Source: a virus
Lineage: Duplodnaviria; Caudoviricetes
DNA length: 64,000 bases
Direction: 5' to 3' (one strand)
IMG/VR virus record: IMGVR_UViG_3300032321_000388
Coordinates: 1 to 64,000 of that record
The notes below the pieces were generated by a model. That model was not told where the DNA came from, made no database searches, and saw only the letters and a program-made list of their open reading frames with translations. Within the stretch, counting starts at the first letter, position 1. Each line of letters begins with the position of its first letter. Shown piece after piece: positions 27,568 to 37,008 of this stretch. Both the position numbers and the translations under genes were made by a program.

Positions 27568-27987
27568 ATGAAAATAGGTTTTACAGCTTCTACATTTGAT
27601 TTATTACATGCTGGTCATATAAGTATGTTAAGAGAAGCAAAAGAACAATGTGATTATTTAATATGCGGTTTACAAGTCGATCCATCAGTCGATCGAGCAA
27701 ATAAAAATTCACCGATTCAAAGTATAGTAGAAAGACAAGTACAATTATCAGCGGTAAAATACGTTGATGAAGTTATTGTCTATAGAACTGAGCAAGATCT
27801 GGAAGATATTCTCCAGATGTTTCACATAGATATTAGAGTACTTGGTGATGAGTATAGAGATCAAGACTTTACTGGTAAAGATATATGTAAGAAGCGCGGT
27901 ATTCAATTGCATTTTAATAAGAGAGACCATCGCTTCTCAACAACAGCATTAAGATTACAAGTAGTAGAAAAAACTAAAAACAAATGA
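27568..27987 (+). CDS. TagD-like cytidylyltransferase
   Basis: FDLLHAGH (HxGH), VKYVDEV, GDEY, RDHRFSTT. Confidence 0.9.
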   Translation: MKIGFTASTFDLLHAGHISMLREAKEQCDYLICGLQVDPSVDRANKNSPIQSIVERQVQLSAVKYVDEVIVYRTEQDLEDILQMFHIDIRVLGDEYRDQDFTGKDICKKRGIQLHFNKRDHRFSTTALRLQVVEKTKNK

Positions 27988-28511
27988 TAAAAAAACACGA
28001 AATACAAATATTTGATAATTTGCTTTCATTTAAAGAACGAGCATTTCTATATAAAGCAGGGTTAAATTCTCGGTATACACTAGGACCAGCTGGATCTCCT
28101 ATTTTAGAAAATATGGCAATATATGCTTTTTCTTCAATGTTTAATGAAGATGAATTAAAAACACATCCTATATTTAATATAATAAGAAATAATTCTAAAT
28201 TAACAGAAATTATTAATCAATATAATATAGATAAAGCATGGTATAATTTATCCGCTCAATCAGAAATCAATTTTATTCATACACACTATCAAGATAAAAT
28301 TTTATTATATTATGTTAACTTAGAATGGCATAATGATTGGTTAGGTGAAACAGTTTTTTATAAAGAGAATGGAACTGATATAGACACATTTATGCAATAT
28401 ACGCCGGGAAGATTTATATTATTTGATGGAGATCATCCACATGTAGTTAGACCTCATAAAGGGGTTCAATATCGTTTCTCATTTGCAATAGCATTAAATA
28501 AAAAGGATTAA
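27984..28511 (+). CDS. 2OG-Fe(II) oxygenase
   Basis: LYYVNLEW...W.GET.F, PGR.ILFDG..PH, RFSFA. Confidence 0.75.
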   Translation: MIKKHEIQIFDNLLSFKERAFLYKAGLNSRYTLGPAGSPILENMAIYAFSSMFNEDELKTHPIFNIIRNNSKLTEIINQYNIDKAWYNLSAQSEINFIHTHYQDKILLYYVNLEWHNDWLGETVFYKENGTDIDTFMQYTPGRFILFDGDHPHVVRPHKGVQYRFSFAIALNKKD

Positions 28512-28513
28512 TA

Positions 28514-30298
28514 ATGACCGAAGAAGTTCATGGTATTAAGGTTGACTATTCACGAGATTCATTGTTTGATGAATTAGGAATGCTTAGATTAAAAGAGTCA
28601 TATATGGCGGATGGAGAAAAATCTCCGCAAGAAAGATTTGCATTTGTATCAAGTAAATTTTCATCAGATAAATTCCATGCACAGCGATTATATGATTATT
28701 CATCAAAGCATTGGTTATCGTATGCTACTCCTATACTATCATTTGGTAGATCTAAACGGGGTTTACCTATATCATGCTTTTTAAATTTTATTGAAGATAC
28801 CGCGGAGGGTCTAGTTGAAAACTTATCTGAAACTAATTGGCTATCTATGCTTGGGGGTGGTGTTGGTATTGGCTTTGGAATCAGGTCTGCTGATGATAAG
28901 TCTACTGGCGTTATGCCTCATCTTAAAATGTATGATGCTAGCTCTCTTGCTTATCGTCAAGGGCGTACTCGTCGCGGCAGTTATGCTGCTTACTTGGATA
29001 TTTCACACCCTGACATTTTAATGTTTCTTGAGATGCGTAAACCTACAGGCGACCAAAACATGCGTTGCTTGAACTTACACCATGGAGTTAATATTCCTGA
29101 TGCATTCATGGAAATTATAGAAAAATGTATGTTAGATCCAAATGCTAATGATGATTGGGAATTAAGAGATCCTCATTCAGGCGAACTAAGAGAAACTGTT
29201 TCAGCAAAAGAATTGTGGCAAAAACTATTAGAACTTCGTATGACTACAGGAGAACCGTATCTGCATTTCATTGATGAATCTAATAGAAAGATGCCGCAAT
29301 GGTTAAAGGACAAAGGTTTAAAAATACATCAGTCAAACTTATGTTCAGAGATTATTTTACCTACTAACGAAAAGAGAACAGCAGTTTGTTGTTTATCAAG
29401 TTTAAATTTGGAGTATTATGATGATTGGAAAACTGATAGCTTATTTCTTAAGGATGTTGCAGAGATGCTGGACAATGTGCTGCAATATTTTATTGACACT
29501 GCTCCTTCTGCTATTAAGCGGGCTCGTTATTCTGCTTCTCGCGAACGGAGTATTGGTATTGGTGCTCTTGGCTGGCATGCTTTATTGCAGCGAAAAAATA
29601 CTCCCTGGGAAAGTGCAATGGCAACAGGACTTAATAAACAAATCTTCGCACACATACGAACAACTCTTAATAAAGCTAATAAGCAATTGGGTAAAGAACG
29701 TGGTGAAGCTCCTGACGCCGAAGGTACTGGAAACAGGTTTTCTCATCTTATGGCTATTGCTCCCAATGCTAGCTCTTCTATCCTTATGGGAAATACTTCC
29801 CCATCAATAGAACCTTTTAGAGCTAATGCTTATCGACAAGATACTTTATCTGGTTCTCATTTACATAAGAACCAATATTTAGATAAGATTATTAAGGAAA
29901 AAGCTAATGATAAGTATGATGAGATTTGGAGTTCAATTATTGCGAATGATGGTTCAGTTCAACATTTAGATATACTAGATGAATGGCAAAAAGATGTGTT
30001 TAAGACTTCTATGGAAATTGACCAACGATGGGTTGTCCAACACGTAGCAGACCGCCAAGAGTTTATTGATCAAGCACAGTCATTAAATGTATTTTTTAGA
30101 CCTGACAGTCATATTAAATATGTACATGCAGTTCATTTCCAAGCTTGGAAACAAAAGCTTAAGACTATGTACTACTGTCGTTCAGATAAGATCGCTAAGG
30201 CAGATAAAGTATCTAAACGAATTGAAAGAGAAGTTATTGCTGAGATCGATTTGAAGGCAATGACTGAAGGTGAAACTTGTTTGGCTTGTGAGGGATAA
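28514..30298 (+). CDS. nrdA: ribonucleotide reductase class I alpha subunit (no ATP cone)
   Basis: PISCF, SNLCSEI, VCCLSS, APNASSS, MYYCR and C-terminal CLACEG. Confidence 0.95.
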   Translation: MTEEVHGIKVDYSRDSLFDELGMLRLKESYMADGEKSPQERFAFVSSKFSSDKFHAQRLYDYSSKHWLSYATPILSFGRSKRGLPISCFLNFIEDTAEGLVENLSETNWLSMLGGGVGIGFGIRSADDKSTGVMPHLKMYDASSLAYRQGRTRRGSYAAYLDISHPDILMFLEMRKPTGDQNMRCLNLHHGVNIPDAFMEIIEKCMLDPNANDDWELRDPHSGELRETVSAKELWQKLLELRMTTGEPYLHFIDESNRKMPQWLKDKGLKIHQSNLCSEIILPTNEKRTAVCCLSSLNLEYYDDWKTDSLFLKDVAEMLDNVLQYFIDTAPSAIKRARYSASRERSIGIGALGWHALLQRKNTPWESAMATGLNKQIFAHIRTTLNKANKQLGKERGEAPDAEGTGNRFSHLMAIAPNASSSILMGNTSPSIEPFRANAYRQDTLSGSHLHKNQYLDKIIKEKANDKYDEIWSSIIANDGSVQHLDILDEWQKDVFKTSMEIDQRWVVQHVADRQEFIDQAQSLNVFFRPDSHIKYVHAVHFQAWKQKLKTMYYCRSDKIAKADKVSKRIEREVIAEIDLKAMTEGETCLACEG

Positions 30299-30921
30299 TG
30301 TTTATAAATCGTACAAAAAGATATGTATATTTAAGAGTACCAAAAACAGGATCTACATCTATACATAACTATTTGATAGATAATAAAAAAGATGATGATG
30401 TTTCTTATTCATTCATGAGAGAATATAAATTTGATAATCATAATAGTTCTTTTAAAAATGCTCATCCTAACTTGCAAGACGCTATTAACAGTAACTTATT
30501 AAAAATAGAAGATTTGTCAAATTATAAAATTTATGGAATAATAAGAAATCCAATAGATAGATTTATTAGTATGGTTTACCATTTCTATAAAGGAAATAAA
30601 AAAAAACATCAAAATGATGTAGTTAGAGATGCTATTAATGATTATAAACTAGGTATTTATCCATATCACGCACAAAAAGATTGGTTAATTTATAACAATA
30701 ACCCAATTAATAATATCTTTTTATATGAAAATATTAATAAAATGCTTACTAGTATTTTAGGAACTGATGTAAATATTAAATATAATCATCGATCTAAATA
30801 TAGAACAAATCATAATTATAATGATTTAGAATTAGAATTACAAAATACAATTAAAGAAATATATTACGAAGATTGGCAAATATATAATATGTATAAACAA
30901 AAAGAAGTTAATTTAAAATAA
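30298..30921 (+). CDS. sulfotransferase-like protein
   Basis: PAPS-binding PKTGSTS and RNPIDRFIS motifs; Y.EDW tail. Confidence 0.7.
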   Translation: MFINRTKRYVYLRVPKTGSTSIHNYLIDNKKDDDVSYSFMREYKFDNHNSSFKNAHPNLQDAINSNLLKIEDLSNYKIYGIIRNPIDRFISMVYHFYKGNKKKHQNDVVRDAINDYKLGIYPYHAQKDWLIYNNNPINNIFLYENINKMLTSILGTDVNIKYNHRSKYRTNHNYNDLELELQNTIKEIYYEDWQIYNMYKQKEVNLK

Positions 30922-30930
30922 AGGAGTAAT

Positions 30931-31689
30931 ATGAAGAAGTTATTAGCAATAGTTCTATTAAGTTTTACTAGTTTAGTATTAGCAAATACAATTGATGATA
31001 AGTGTAAACAACATGTTATTTGGGGAGCTCCTCAAGTTAAAGTTGAAGGTAATAATCAATATCTTTGTAAAACAGGTTATGCCGCAAATTACAACTATGA
31101 GACTAAAGTATCAAAATTTGTAGTTGAAAAGATTGAAGGAGCTAAATTAATAAAATCAGCTACTCGTAAAGATGATTTTAGAGAAGATCAAGAAGTTCCA
31201 GCGCAATATAGATCTACGTTGGCAGATTATACTGGGTCTGGTTATGATCGTGGTCATATGGCACCAGCAGCAGACTTTATGTTTGATGAGAAACAAATGA
31301 GTGAATCATTCTTTCTTACTAACATGATGCCACAAGTACCTGGTAATAATCGTGGCATTTGGAAATATCTTGAAGAAATGACAAGATATTGGGCTCAAAC
31401 ACACGGTACAGTTTATGTTATTACTGGAGTTATTACTTCTCCACCATATACAGCAATTGGTAATGGAGTAATTGTTCCATCGCATATCTATAAGATTGTA
31501 ATTGATCCTAAAACTGGTAAACAAACTGCTTATCTATTTCCAAATGAGAAGTTAGATCCAAAGACAATAGATAACTATGCAGTATCAGTTGCAACTATTG
31601 AACAAAAAACAGGTATAAACTTTTCACCAGCATTACCAGCAAATCTTAAAGTTAACGAAACAACAATAATTAATACGAAAGCATTTTAA
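30931..31689 (+). CDS. secreted DNA/RNA non-specific endonuclease (NucA/Serratia type)
   Basis: Signal peptide; YDRGHMAP, NMMPQ, NRGIWKYLE. Confidence 0.9.
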   Translation: MKKLLAIVLLSFTSLVLANTIDDKCKQHVIWGAPQVKVEGNNQYLCKTGYAANYNYETKVSKFVVEKIEGAKLIKSATRKDDFREDQEVPAQYRSTLADYTGSGYDRGHMAPAADFMFDEKQMSESFFLTNMMPQVPGNNRGIWKYLEEMTRYWAQTHGTVYVITGVITSPPYTAIGNGVIVPSHIYKIVIDPKTGKQTAYLFPNEKLDPKTIDNYAVSVATIEQKTGINFSPALPANLKVNETTIINTKAF

Positions 31690-32669
31690 TGTCATACAAA
31701 TTAACAGACACCCGCGATCATTTTAAACCATTCAACTACCCATGGGCATATGATGCATGGTTGAAACATGAGCAAGCACATTGGTTGCATACTGAAGTTC
31801 CAATGGCTGAGGATGTTAAAGACTGGAAAAAGAAACTAACTAAAGAAGAGAAGTTATTCCTTACTAATATCTTTAGGTTCTTTACGCAAGGCGATATTGA
31901 TGTGGCAGGCGGGTATGTTAAGAACTACCTACCGTACTTCCCTCAACCAGAAGTACGAATGATGTTGATGGGCTTTGCCGCACGCGAAGCCCTACACATT
32001 GCAGCATACTCTCATCTTATTGAGACATTAGGTATGCCCGAATCAACATATAGCGAATTTGCTGAATACCAAGAAATGAAGGATAAACATGATTATGTCA
32101 CCGAACTTAGTTCTAAGAATGGAGATCTTGCTAGTACTGCTACTCACATTGCTGTGTTTTCGGCATTTACCGAGGGGATGCAGCTATTCAGTTCTTTTAT
32201 TATGCTGCTTAATTTTCCTCGTCATGGCTTGATGAAGGGTATGGGTCAGATAGTTACATGGTCAATCGTAGATGAAACCATGCATGCTGAGAACATGATC
32301 AAGTTATTTAAGACGTTCATCAAAGAGAACAATGAGATCTGGAATGATGACTTAAAAGGTCGCATATATACTATAGCAGAAAAGATGGTGCAACTTGAAG
32401 ATAAGTTTATTGACTTATGTTATCAAGGTGCTAATATGAGAGAGTTAGAACCAGCAGATGTTAAACAGTATATTCGTTACATAGCTGATAGACGACTTAT
32501 ATCATTAGGATTAAAAGGTATATTTAAAGTTAAAAAGAACCCACTTCCATGGGTAGAAGAGATGATTAATGCTCCTGTACATGGTAACTTTTTTGAAAAC
32601 CGAGTAACTGATTACGCCAAAGGTGCTTTAAAAGGTTCTTGGTCAGATGTATGGGGAGGAGCAAGTTAA
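31689..32669 (+). CDS. nrdB: ribonucleotide reductase class I beta subunit
   Basis: FFTQGD, EALH..AY, EGMQLFSSF, DETMH, NFFE. Confidence 0.95.
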   Translation: MSYKLTDTRDHFKPFNYPWAYDAWLKHEQAHWLHTEVPMAEDVKDWKKKLTKEEKLFLTNIFRFFTQGDIDVAGGYVKNYLPYFPQPEVRMMLMGFAAREALHIAAYSHLIETLGMPESTYSEFAEYQEMKDKHDYVTELSSKNGDLASTATHIAVFSAFTEGMQLFSSFIMLLNFPRHGLMKGMGQIVTWSIVDETMHAENMIKLFKTFIKENNEIWNDDLKGRIYTIAEKMVQLEDKFIDLCYQGANMRELEPADVKQYIRYIADRRLISLGLKGIFKVKKNPLPWVEEMINAPVHGNFFENRVTDYAKGALKGSWSDVWGGAS

Positions 32670-32815
32670 TGGCAACTAAATATTTCCACTGCGAGAATTG
32701 CGAATCCACAGGTAAAGTTACAGTAAAAACAAATGACATCACAATTGAAGATATCGTATTTTGCCCTATATGCGGCGCAGATATCTTTGAAGAAGATCAA
32801 GATGATCACGAATGA
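32669..32815 (+). CDS. small zinc-ribbon protein (48 aa, missing from the ORF track)
   Basis: MATKYFHCENC...FCPICG; GGAGGAG SD; coupled on both sides. Confidence 0.7.
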   Translation: MATKYFHCENCESTGKVTVKTNDITIEDIVFCPICGADIFEEDQDDHE

Positions 32816-33237
32816 CATGGTTATACAATAATGTGCCCATTGAGGATATTGACATTAAATATGTAGGTTTTGTATATCTCATTACTAATCTTGTTACTGG
32901 TAAAAAATATATTGGTAAGAAATTATCTAAATTTTCAAAGACAAGTACTAAGACTGTTAAACTTAAAGATGGTACTAAGAAGAAAAAGAAGATAAGAAGT
33001 AAAGTAGATTCTGACTGGAAGACATATTGGTCTTCGTCTAAAGATGTTCAGGCTGATGTTAAGACATTAGGAGAAGATAAGTTTAAACGAGAAATCCTAA
33101 TATTCTGTCTCACTAAAGGAACAGCAACATATTATGAAGCCAAGTATCAGTTTCAACATGAAGTGCTAGAGAAACCTGATGAATGGTATAATGGTCAAAT
33201 ACAATGTAGAATTCATAGGAGTCATATTAAGAAGTGA
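32812..33237 (+). CDS. GIY-YIG endonuclease
   Basis: GFVYLITN...KYIGKK and DWKTYWSS. Confidence 0.85.
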   Translation: MTWLYNNVPIEDIDIKYVGFVYLITNLVTGKKYIGKKLSKFSKTSTKTVKLKDGTKKKKKIRSKVDSDWKTYWSSSKDVQADVKTLGEDKFKREILIFCLTKGTATYYEAKYQFQHEVLEKPDEWYNGQIQCRIHRSHIKK

Positions 33238-33476
33238 TAATCTATCCACTTATGCTTGTCACTAAAGACGAATATAATAATAGAATGAACATATGCAGAT
33301 CTTGTGACAAATTTAATAAAACATTAAATATGTGCAAAGTATGTAATTGTATAATGACATTCAAATGCGGTTTAAGTCGTACCAAATGTCCAATTGATAA
33401 ATGGGGTCCAAGTTCAAGCAAAGAACAAGTACACCCAAATGACGATATTAAAATACCAAAAGAGAATATTAAATAA
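33234..33476 (+). CDS. Cys-rich small protein (DUF6171-like)
   Basis: R..IC..C...CKVCNC...K.....KCPIDKW. Confidence 0.6.
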   Translation: MIIYPLMLVTKDEYNNRMNICRSCDKFNKTLNMCKVCNCIMTFKCGLSRTKCPIDKWGPSSSKEQVHPNDDIKIPKENIK

Positions 33477-34033
33477 TGAGTGAACTTATTAATATAACAC
33501 GAGCTGACATTGTAGTTGATTCTATTCCATTAGATCTAGCTGCCAGAATACTTGAAAAAGTTAAAGATATAGAAGGATCTAGGTCTTTTAATATATGGAC
33601 GCATTTTGCTGAAGATAATGATTTTAAATTATTAGGTGATGCGTTTATAAAAGCAACTACTGAATTAATAAATTTTGGTTGTAATCATCATGTAAACTTT
33701 AATTTAGGTAGAGCTTGGCCTCATATCTACAAAGATTGGGAATATACAGCTCCTCATCATCATGGTCCTGCATATCATGGTCCTTCATTTGTAGTTGGTG
33801 TTGTATATTTAGATTTTTCAGAGGGAGCAGGAGACTTATTAATACAAGATCCATTTACTCAGTGGGGTTGGATTAGAAGAGAAGATAACGGAAGAGATGC
33901 TAGAGCCAGTATGAAATTTACTCCATCAGTTGGCAAATTGGTTGTTATGCCTGGATATATACTTCATAGCACTGAACCAAAACCAGCTGGAAAAAATAGA
34001 GCAATGATCTCAACAAATATAGATTTAATATAA
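33476..34033 (+). CDS. 2OG-Fe(II) oxygenase-like protein
   Basis: PHHH, GVVYL, DP, G.LVVMP.YILH, R..ISTN. Confidence 0.7.
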   Translation: MSELINITRADIVVDSIPLDLAARILEKVKDIEGSRSFNIWTHFAEDNDFKLLGDAFIKATTELINFGCNHHVNFNLGRAWPHIYKDWEYTAPHHHGPAYHGPSFVVGVVYLDFSEGAGDLLIQDPFTQWGWIRREDNGRDARASMKFTPSVGKLVVMPGYILHSTEPKPAGKNRAMISTNIDLI

Positions 34034-34061
34034 AGTTGGATTAAAGTTATATTAAGTTCTA

Positions 34062-34526
34062 ATGAAAACAAAAACAAATTCAGCCAAAGGTGTTCATAGT
34101 TATGACGCTGATATTGATGGTAGTTTAATTCCTTTCTTTAATAGGAATGCATCTGAATACCCAACAGAAGCTGGTTCAGTTAACTTTGAATTAGTTCCTG
34201 TTACGCAACAAAAAGATATAATGATTAATCATGCTAGGATGTATGCTCAGCAAGAGTATGATCGTATCATGGAATTAGTAAGTGTATTAAAGAAACAAGC
34301 AGATGATATTAAAAGAAGATTAGAAGTAACTGATGCGGTACATGCTGCAGTATATCAGTTTAGTCCTGTTATGGGCCATAGTTATTGGTTAGCATGGGAT
34401 AAACGTAAAAAGCAGATGATACTAATTCATGAAGGACCTAATGATTGGTCTGCAAGTGCACCGGTAGATTTTGTTTATCAAGTACAAGTGAAATATATGG
34501 GAGATCACACATGGATGGAACTATGA
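34062..34526 (+). CDS. DUF2452-like hypothetical protein
   Basis: Coiled-coil followed by PVMG..Y and GDHTW. Confidence 0.55.
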   Translation: MKTKTNSAKGVHSYDADIDGSLIPFFNRNASEYPTEAGSVNFELVPVTQQKDIMINHARMYAQQEYDRIMELVSVLKKQADDIKRRLEVTDAVHAAVYQFSPVMGHSYWLAWDKRKKQMILIHEGPNDWSASAPVDFVYQVQVKYMGDHTWMEL

Positions 34527-34804
34527 GTAAATTGTGGAGTTTTATTTTAACTGTTACATCAGCATTATGCGTGTATGTAGCAACCTTATGTTATTTTCAA
34601 GTGACTGAGTATGAAGGTAAATTGAAGTCATTTGAAGTGTTGTTAAAAGAAACTAATGAAAAGAATCAAAGTCTGCATGAAGAAGACCTGATAATTCTCA
34701 GACTAATAGAAGATCAGAATAAACTCATCAAAGCTCAAGATGATAAGATCCGTATCCAAGATTCACTTATAACTGAAGCACGAGCTAAGAGAAAGAATAA
34801 ATAG
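34523..34804 (+). CDS. membrane-anchored coiled-coil protein
   Basis: ATGA-coupled start (MSKLW), N-terminal TM helix. Confidence 0.55.
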   Translation: MSKLWSFILTVTSALCVYVATLCYFQVTEYEGKLKSFEVLLKETNEKNQSLHEEDLIILRLIEDQNKLIKAQDDKIRIQDSLITEARAKRKNK

Positions 34805-34807
34805 TAT

Positions 34808-35137
34808 ATGACTCAATTAACTATAGATGAATCAGCAGCAGACAAGCTAAAATCACTTCTTGAAGAAGAAGATGATAAGAGTATCAAACTAAGGATATTT
34901 GTTCAGGGTGGAGGCTGCTCTGGATTCAGTTATGGTTTTACATTTGATGATACAACAAATGAAGACGACTTTATTATAGAAGAGCATGGAGTTACTATAC
35001 TCGTCGATGCTATGAGTATGCAGTATCTGCAAGGTTCAAATATAGCATATAAAAAATCACTTATGGGAGAGCAATTTGAGATTAAGAACCCAAATGCCAC
35101 TGCAAAATGTGGATGTGGTTCCTCATTTGCAGCATAA
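34808..35137 (+). CDS. erpA: Fe-S cluster insertion protein ErpA/IscA
   Basis: [37 protein letters not shown]. Confidence 0.92.
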   Translation: MTQLTIDESAADKLKSLLEEEDDKSIKLRIFVQGGGCSGFSYGFTFDDTTNEDDFIIEEHGVTILVDAMSMQYLQGSNIAYKKSLMGEQFEIKNPNATAKCGCGSSFAA

Positions 35138-35545
35138 ATGGCATATTCAGAAAAAGTACTAGATCATTATGAAAATCCTAGAAATGTTGGTAGCTTAGAT
35201 AAGTTAGCTACAAACGTAGGAACAGGTATGGTTGGTGCTCCAGCTTGCGGTGATGTCATGAAACTGCAAATTCAAGTAGGAGAAGATGGTGTTATCGAAG
35301 ATGCAAAGTTTAAAACTTATGGTTGCGGTTCTGCTATTGCCAGTTCTAGTCTTGTTACAGAATGGCTCAAGGGCAAAACACTTGAACAGGCAACTGCAAT
35401 CAAGAACTCAGATATCGCGGAAGAATTAGCTCTACCTCCTGTAAAAATTCACTGTTCAGTTCTAGCTGAAGACGCTATTAAAGCCGCTATTGCTGATCTT
35501 CAAAATAAACAAATAGAAGCAGCCAAGTGCGCGTGTAAAGTATGA
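35138..35545 (+). CDS. iscU: Fe-S cluster scaffold IscU
   Basis: YSEKVLDHYENPRNVG, GAPACGDVM, GCGSAIASSS, LPPVKIHC. Confidence 0.97.
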   Translation: MAYSEKVLDHYENPRNVGSLDKLATNVGTGMVGAPACGDVMKLQIQVGEDGVIEDAKFKTYGCGSAIASSSLVTEWLKGKTLEQATAIKNSDIAEELALPPVKIHCSVLAEDAIKAAIADLQNKQIEAAKCACKV

Positions 35546-36711
35546 ATCAAATAATGTTAATTTCTGCGCTTTCATTAAGCGCAATTGCAGCATTTTACTC
35601 TATTGCGGGTTTAACAGCTATCTTTGCTGCCGCAGTAGTACCTATTATTGTCATGGGATCTATTCTTGAGATCTCAAAACTAGTTGTTGCCTCATGGCTA
35701 TATCGTAATTGGGATGAAGTTCCAACTCTTCTTAAATCATATTTCTCTATTGCCGTAATTATCCTCATGATGATTACATCAATGGGTATATTTGGATTCC
35801 TATCAAAAGCTCATCTAGATCAGGCAGTTCCAGCTGGAGATATCACAGCTCAAGTTACTATATTTGATGATAAGATTAAAACTGAAAAAGACAATATAGT
35901 GGCTGCTCGTAAAGCATTAACTCAGATGGACGCTCAGTTAGATCAGAAACTATCCAGATCTACAGATGAAAAAGGAGCTGATAAGGCTATTCAGATCAGA
36001 CGATCACAAACAAATGAACGTAAGAAACTACAGAACGAGATTGCTGAAGCTCAAAAAACTATAGTTAAACTGCAGACTGAACGTGCTCCTATTGCTTCTC
36101 AGGCGCGTAAGGTAGAAGCTGAAGTTGGTCCAGTCAAGTATATTGCGGCTTTAATCTATGGAGATACTCTAGATCAGAACATGCTTGAGAAGGCTGTTCG
36201 ATGGGTTATTATCATGATCGTTCTGGTATTCGATCCACTCGCTGTTCTTATGCTTGTAGCCTTTAATTGGTCTTTAAAAAAAAGCCAACCAACCTATCCG
36301 CCAAAGCCAATAGTAGAAAAAGAGAACGATCCTGAAGTAGTTAAAGGATATACGGATTCTTTAGCTGGAAGAGAACCTGAAGGATGGCATAAAGAATGGG
36401 TACCTGATAAAGAATCATGGCCAAAATATGAACTAGATGATGGTCCATTAACTGAAGAACAATTAGTTAAGATACAAGAAGAAGCAAACAAAACGTGGTC
36501 TGTAGGTCCTCCACCAGAATGGCCAGAAAATAATAATGAAGTTCCAACCGCGCCTCCTCCGCCACCTCATAAAGAACTATCTTTAGGTACAAACATCAAT
36601 GAGTATGATAGTCCATCAAAAACTATCGAACAAGAAGTTGATGATCTCAATCAAAAGCCGCTCAACTCACTTGATCGTCTAAATAGAAAATACGGCACTC
36701 CAGACTCATAA
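35542..36711 (+). CDS. membrane protein with coiled coil and Pro/acidic tail
   Basis: TM helices, ITSMGIFGFLSKAH, EVGPVKYIA, VFDPLAV. Confidence 0.7.
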   Translation: MNQIMLISALSLSAIAAFYSIAGLTAIFAAAVVPIIVMGSILEISKLVVASWLYRNWDEVPTLLKSYFSIAVIILMMITSMGIFGFLSKAHLDQAVPAGDITAQVTIFDDKIKTEKDNIVAARKALTQMDAQLDQKLSRSTDEKGADKAIQIRRSQTNERKKLQNEIAEAQKTIVKLQTERAPIASQARKVEAEVGPVKYIAALIYGDTLDQNMLEKAVRWVIIMIVLVFDPLAVLMLVAFNWSLKKSQPTYPPKPIVEKENDPEVVKGYTDSLAGREPEGWHKEWVPDKESWPKYELDDGPLTEEQLVKIQEEANKTWSVGPPPEWPENNNEVPTAPPPPPHKELSLGTNINEYDSPSKTIEQEVDDLNQKPLNSLDRLNRKYGTPDS

Positions 36712-36716
36712 ATTCT

Positions 36717-36724
36717 TATAAATA
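36717..36724 (+). promoter_or_regulatory. T4-type late promoter heading the curli cluster
   Basis: TATAAATA. Confidence 0.7.
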
Positions 36725-36729
36725 CCTAT

Positions 36730-37008
36730 ATGGGTGATATTTTTAAATTAGTAGCCGATGTAGGATTTCCAATAGCTGGAGCTAGTGCTGCTGGTTACTT
36801 TGTATTCCTTACAGTTAAGTTTATCCTTGAAGGCGTTACTGGATCCGTAAAAGGAATGTCTGGTATTATCAAAGCTTTGGATAAACGGGTAGCAGCTATG
36901 AATCATGACGTTATTCGTATTGACACAAAGGTATCACATGCATTAGGTATACCACCAGATTTAGACAGAATTGCAAGAGCTGAGCAATCAGACGCTAGGA
37001 GAGATTAA
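36730..37008 (+). CDS. small membrane protein (GFPI motif)
   Basis: TM helix plus coiled coil; paralog of 37109..37378. Confidence 0.7.
   Translation: MGDIFKLVADVGFPIAGASAAGYFVFLTVKFILEGVTGSVKGMSGIIKALDKRVAAMNHDVIRIDTKVSHALGIPPDLDRIARAEQSDARRD

Noticed and set aside
32812-33237. GIY-YIG protein as an intron-encoded homing endonuclease
   Set aside because: It is short and free-standing; nrdA, nrdB and gp43 are uninterrupted, with no intron or intein visible.
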